64,000 nucleotides of DNA. Source: Basidiobolus meristosporus CBS 931.73 (lineage: Eukaryota; Fungi; Basidiobolomycota). Shown here one piece after another: positions 62,752 through 64,000 of the stretch. The notes below the pieces were generated by a model. It was not told the origin of the DNA, made no database searches, and saw nothing but the letters and a program-made list of their open reading frames with translations. The translations under genes were made by a program, and so were the position numbers. Positions within the stretch are counted from its first letter, which is position 1; each line of letters starts with the position of its first letter. The stretch is from assembly GCA_002104905.1 (NCBI GenBank), contig MCFE01000015.1:62001-126000 (forward strand), written 5' to 3'.

Positions 62752-64000
62752 CCACTTGAATGTTTAAGTTGGATCAGTTTTTAGTTTAGTAGGATGTGCA
62801 TTGACTACAGAGCACTCAACTCAGTTACTGTGAGGAATAAGTACCCCATACCTCAGATTAATGTGCTTTTGGACCAACTCAATGGAGCCACTATTTTCAG
62901 CAAGATTGACCTCATGTCTGGATACAACCAGAGTAGGTTGAAGCTCAATGACATCCCTAAGACAGCATTCTGGACCAGATATGGACATTACAAGCACTTA
63001 GTCATGAGTTTTGGCCTCACCAATGCCCCTGCAACATTGATGACTCTGATGCAGACTGTCTTCCAGGAGTACCTAGACAAGTTTGTGATAATATACCTAG
63101 ATGACATATTGATATACAGCAAGGCAGAAGATGATCACTTGGTGCACATTGAAAAGGTCTTGAAGAAGCTAAGAGAGAACTAACTACATGGCAAGCTAGC
63201 CAAGTGTGAGTTCTCCAAGGAACATGTTGAATGTCTGGGATACATAGTAACTAGCACAGGAGTAACCTTAGACCTTATAAGGTTGAAGTTATCAAGAATA
63301 TAGAGATGCTATACTAAAGGAGTCAAATGCACTGTAAAGACAGATCATGCCTCCCTCAAGTATATATTTATACAGAAGGTACTCTCTAGAAGAATGACAA
63401 GATGGAGTGAATACATTCAGCAATTTGACTTGGAGATTGTCTACTGCCCTGGAAAAACAACATGGTTGCTGATGCCATATCAAGAATAGATCAAGTTGCA
63501 CAACTCAACTTGGTGCATGAATCTGATTGGCCTAGTCTATTACCAAAGTACTTGGGGGCCAAGCCATTCCTAACAAGGTGGATGAAGATATCAAGAAGAT
63601 AATCCGGGATGAAGCCAGCAAATTTGTAGTACAGGATGAAACACTACCAAATTGTTGATGGAAGCCCCATTACCTATTGCCCTTATGTTTCTCACCTGGA
63701 TTTAATACATAAGCTACACAATGGATGTGGACATCTTGGAGCTGAAGGAACCTGTAGCCTTGTGAAAGCCAGACCATGGTGGCCCAGAATTAAACATGAC
63801 ATTGTGAAGCTAGTGAAAACATGCCCAAATTGCCAAGTTAACTAAGGCCAACCACAGAAAATTGCTGAACCCTTTCCCTTGCAGCCTGTAAGACCATTTG
63901 AGAGATGGGGAATTGACTTTATTGGAAGATTGCCAACTACCAGGAAATGCAACCATTGGATCCTAGTAGCAATTGACCATGCCACTAAATGGCCCATGGC
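62752..64000 (+). mobile_element. B/C-family gypsy fragment with internal deletions: LTR scrap fused to RT, RT fused to the RNase H end, then integrase; runs off the right edge
   Basis: CACTTGAATGTTTAAGTTGGATCAG (LTR) lies directly before [13 protein letters not shown]; WGIDFIGRLP near the end. Confidence 0.85.

Noticed and set aside
29101-64000. Classical ascomycete RIP
   Set aside because: RIP depletes CpA and enriches TpA. Here CpA and TpG are plentiful and CpG is the missing dinucleotide, although some non-CpG C>T changes also occur.

Overview
Eukaryotic DNA from an intron-rich fungus. The gene set and short GT-AG introns suggest an early-diverging lineage (Zoopagomycota/Mucoromycota-like); this is inference. 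The window has two sharply different halves. (1) 1-29100 is gene-dense and CpG-rich: MET22/HAL2 nucleotidase, a kelch protein, a phosphoesterase-family acid phosphatase, two tandem epoxide hydrolases, a pirin, DTWD1, a GBF1/Gea ARF-GEF, a small secreted protein, KES1/OSH4, a Pac2-type WOPR factor, ISA1, a WRN-type exonuclease, and a Doa4/USP8 gene cut off just before its catalytic domain. (2) 29101-64000 has no recognisable intact host gene and is a block of nested, mostly CpG-stripped Ty1/copia and Ty3/gypsy LTR retrotransposons. Target-site duplications (TSDs) resolve the nesting: copia D hosts gypsy B, which hosts gypsy C (same family, inverted, in B's 5' LTR) and a young gypsy A (in B's RT). 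The most interesting points are: (a) gypsy A (41793-48564; 386-bp LTRs with 9 differences; TAGGG TSD) has an unrecognised third ORF of about 390 codons between integrase and the 3' LTR; (b) A is caught mid-inactivation by CpG transitions, while older elements have almost no CpG left; (c) the USP8/Doa4-copia fusion; (d) the epoxide hydrolase paralogues appear retargeted (C-terminal AKL versus N-terminal signal peptide) yet share a near-identical, conversion-like tract; (e) a multi-kb inverted repeat formed by B and C. No rRNA, tRNA or CRISPR features were seen. All exon boundaries, alignments and counts were done by eye.
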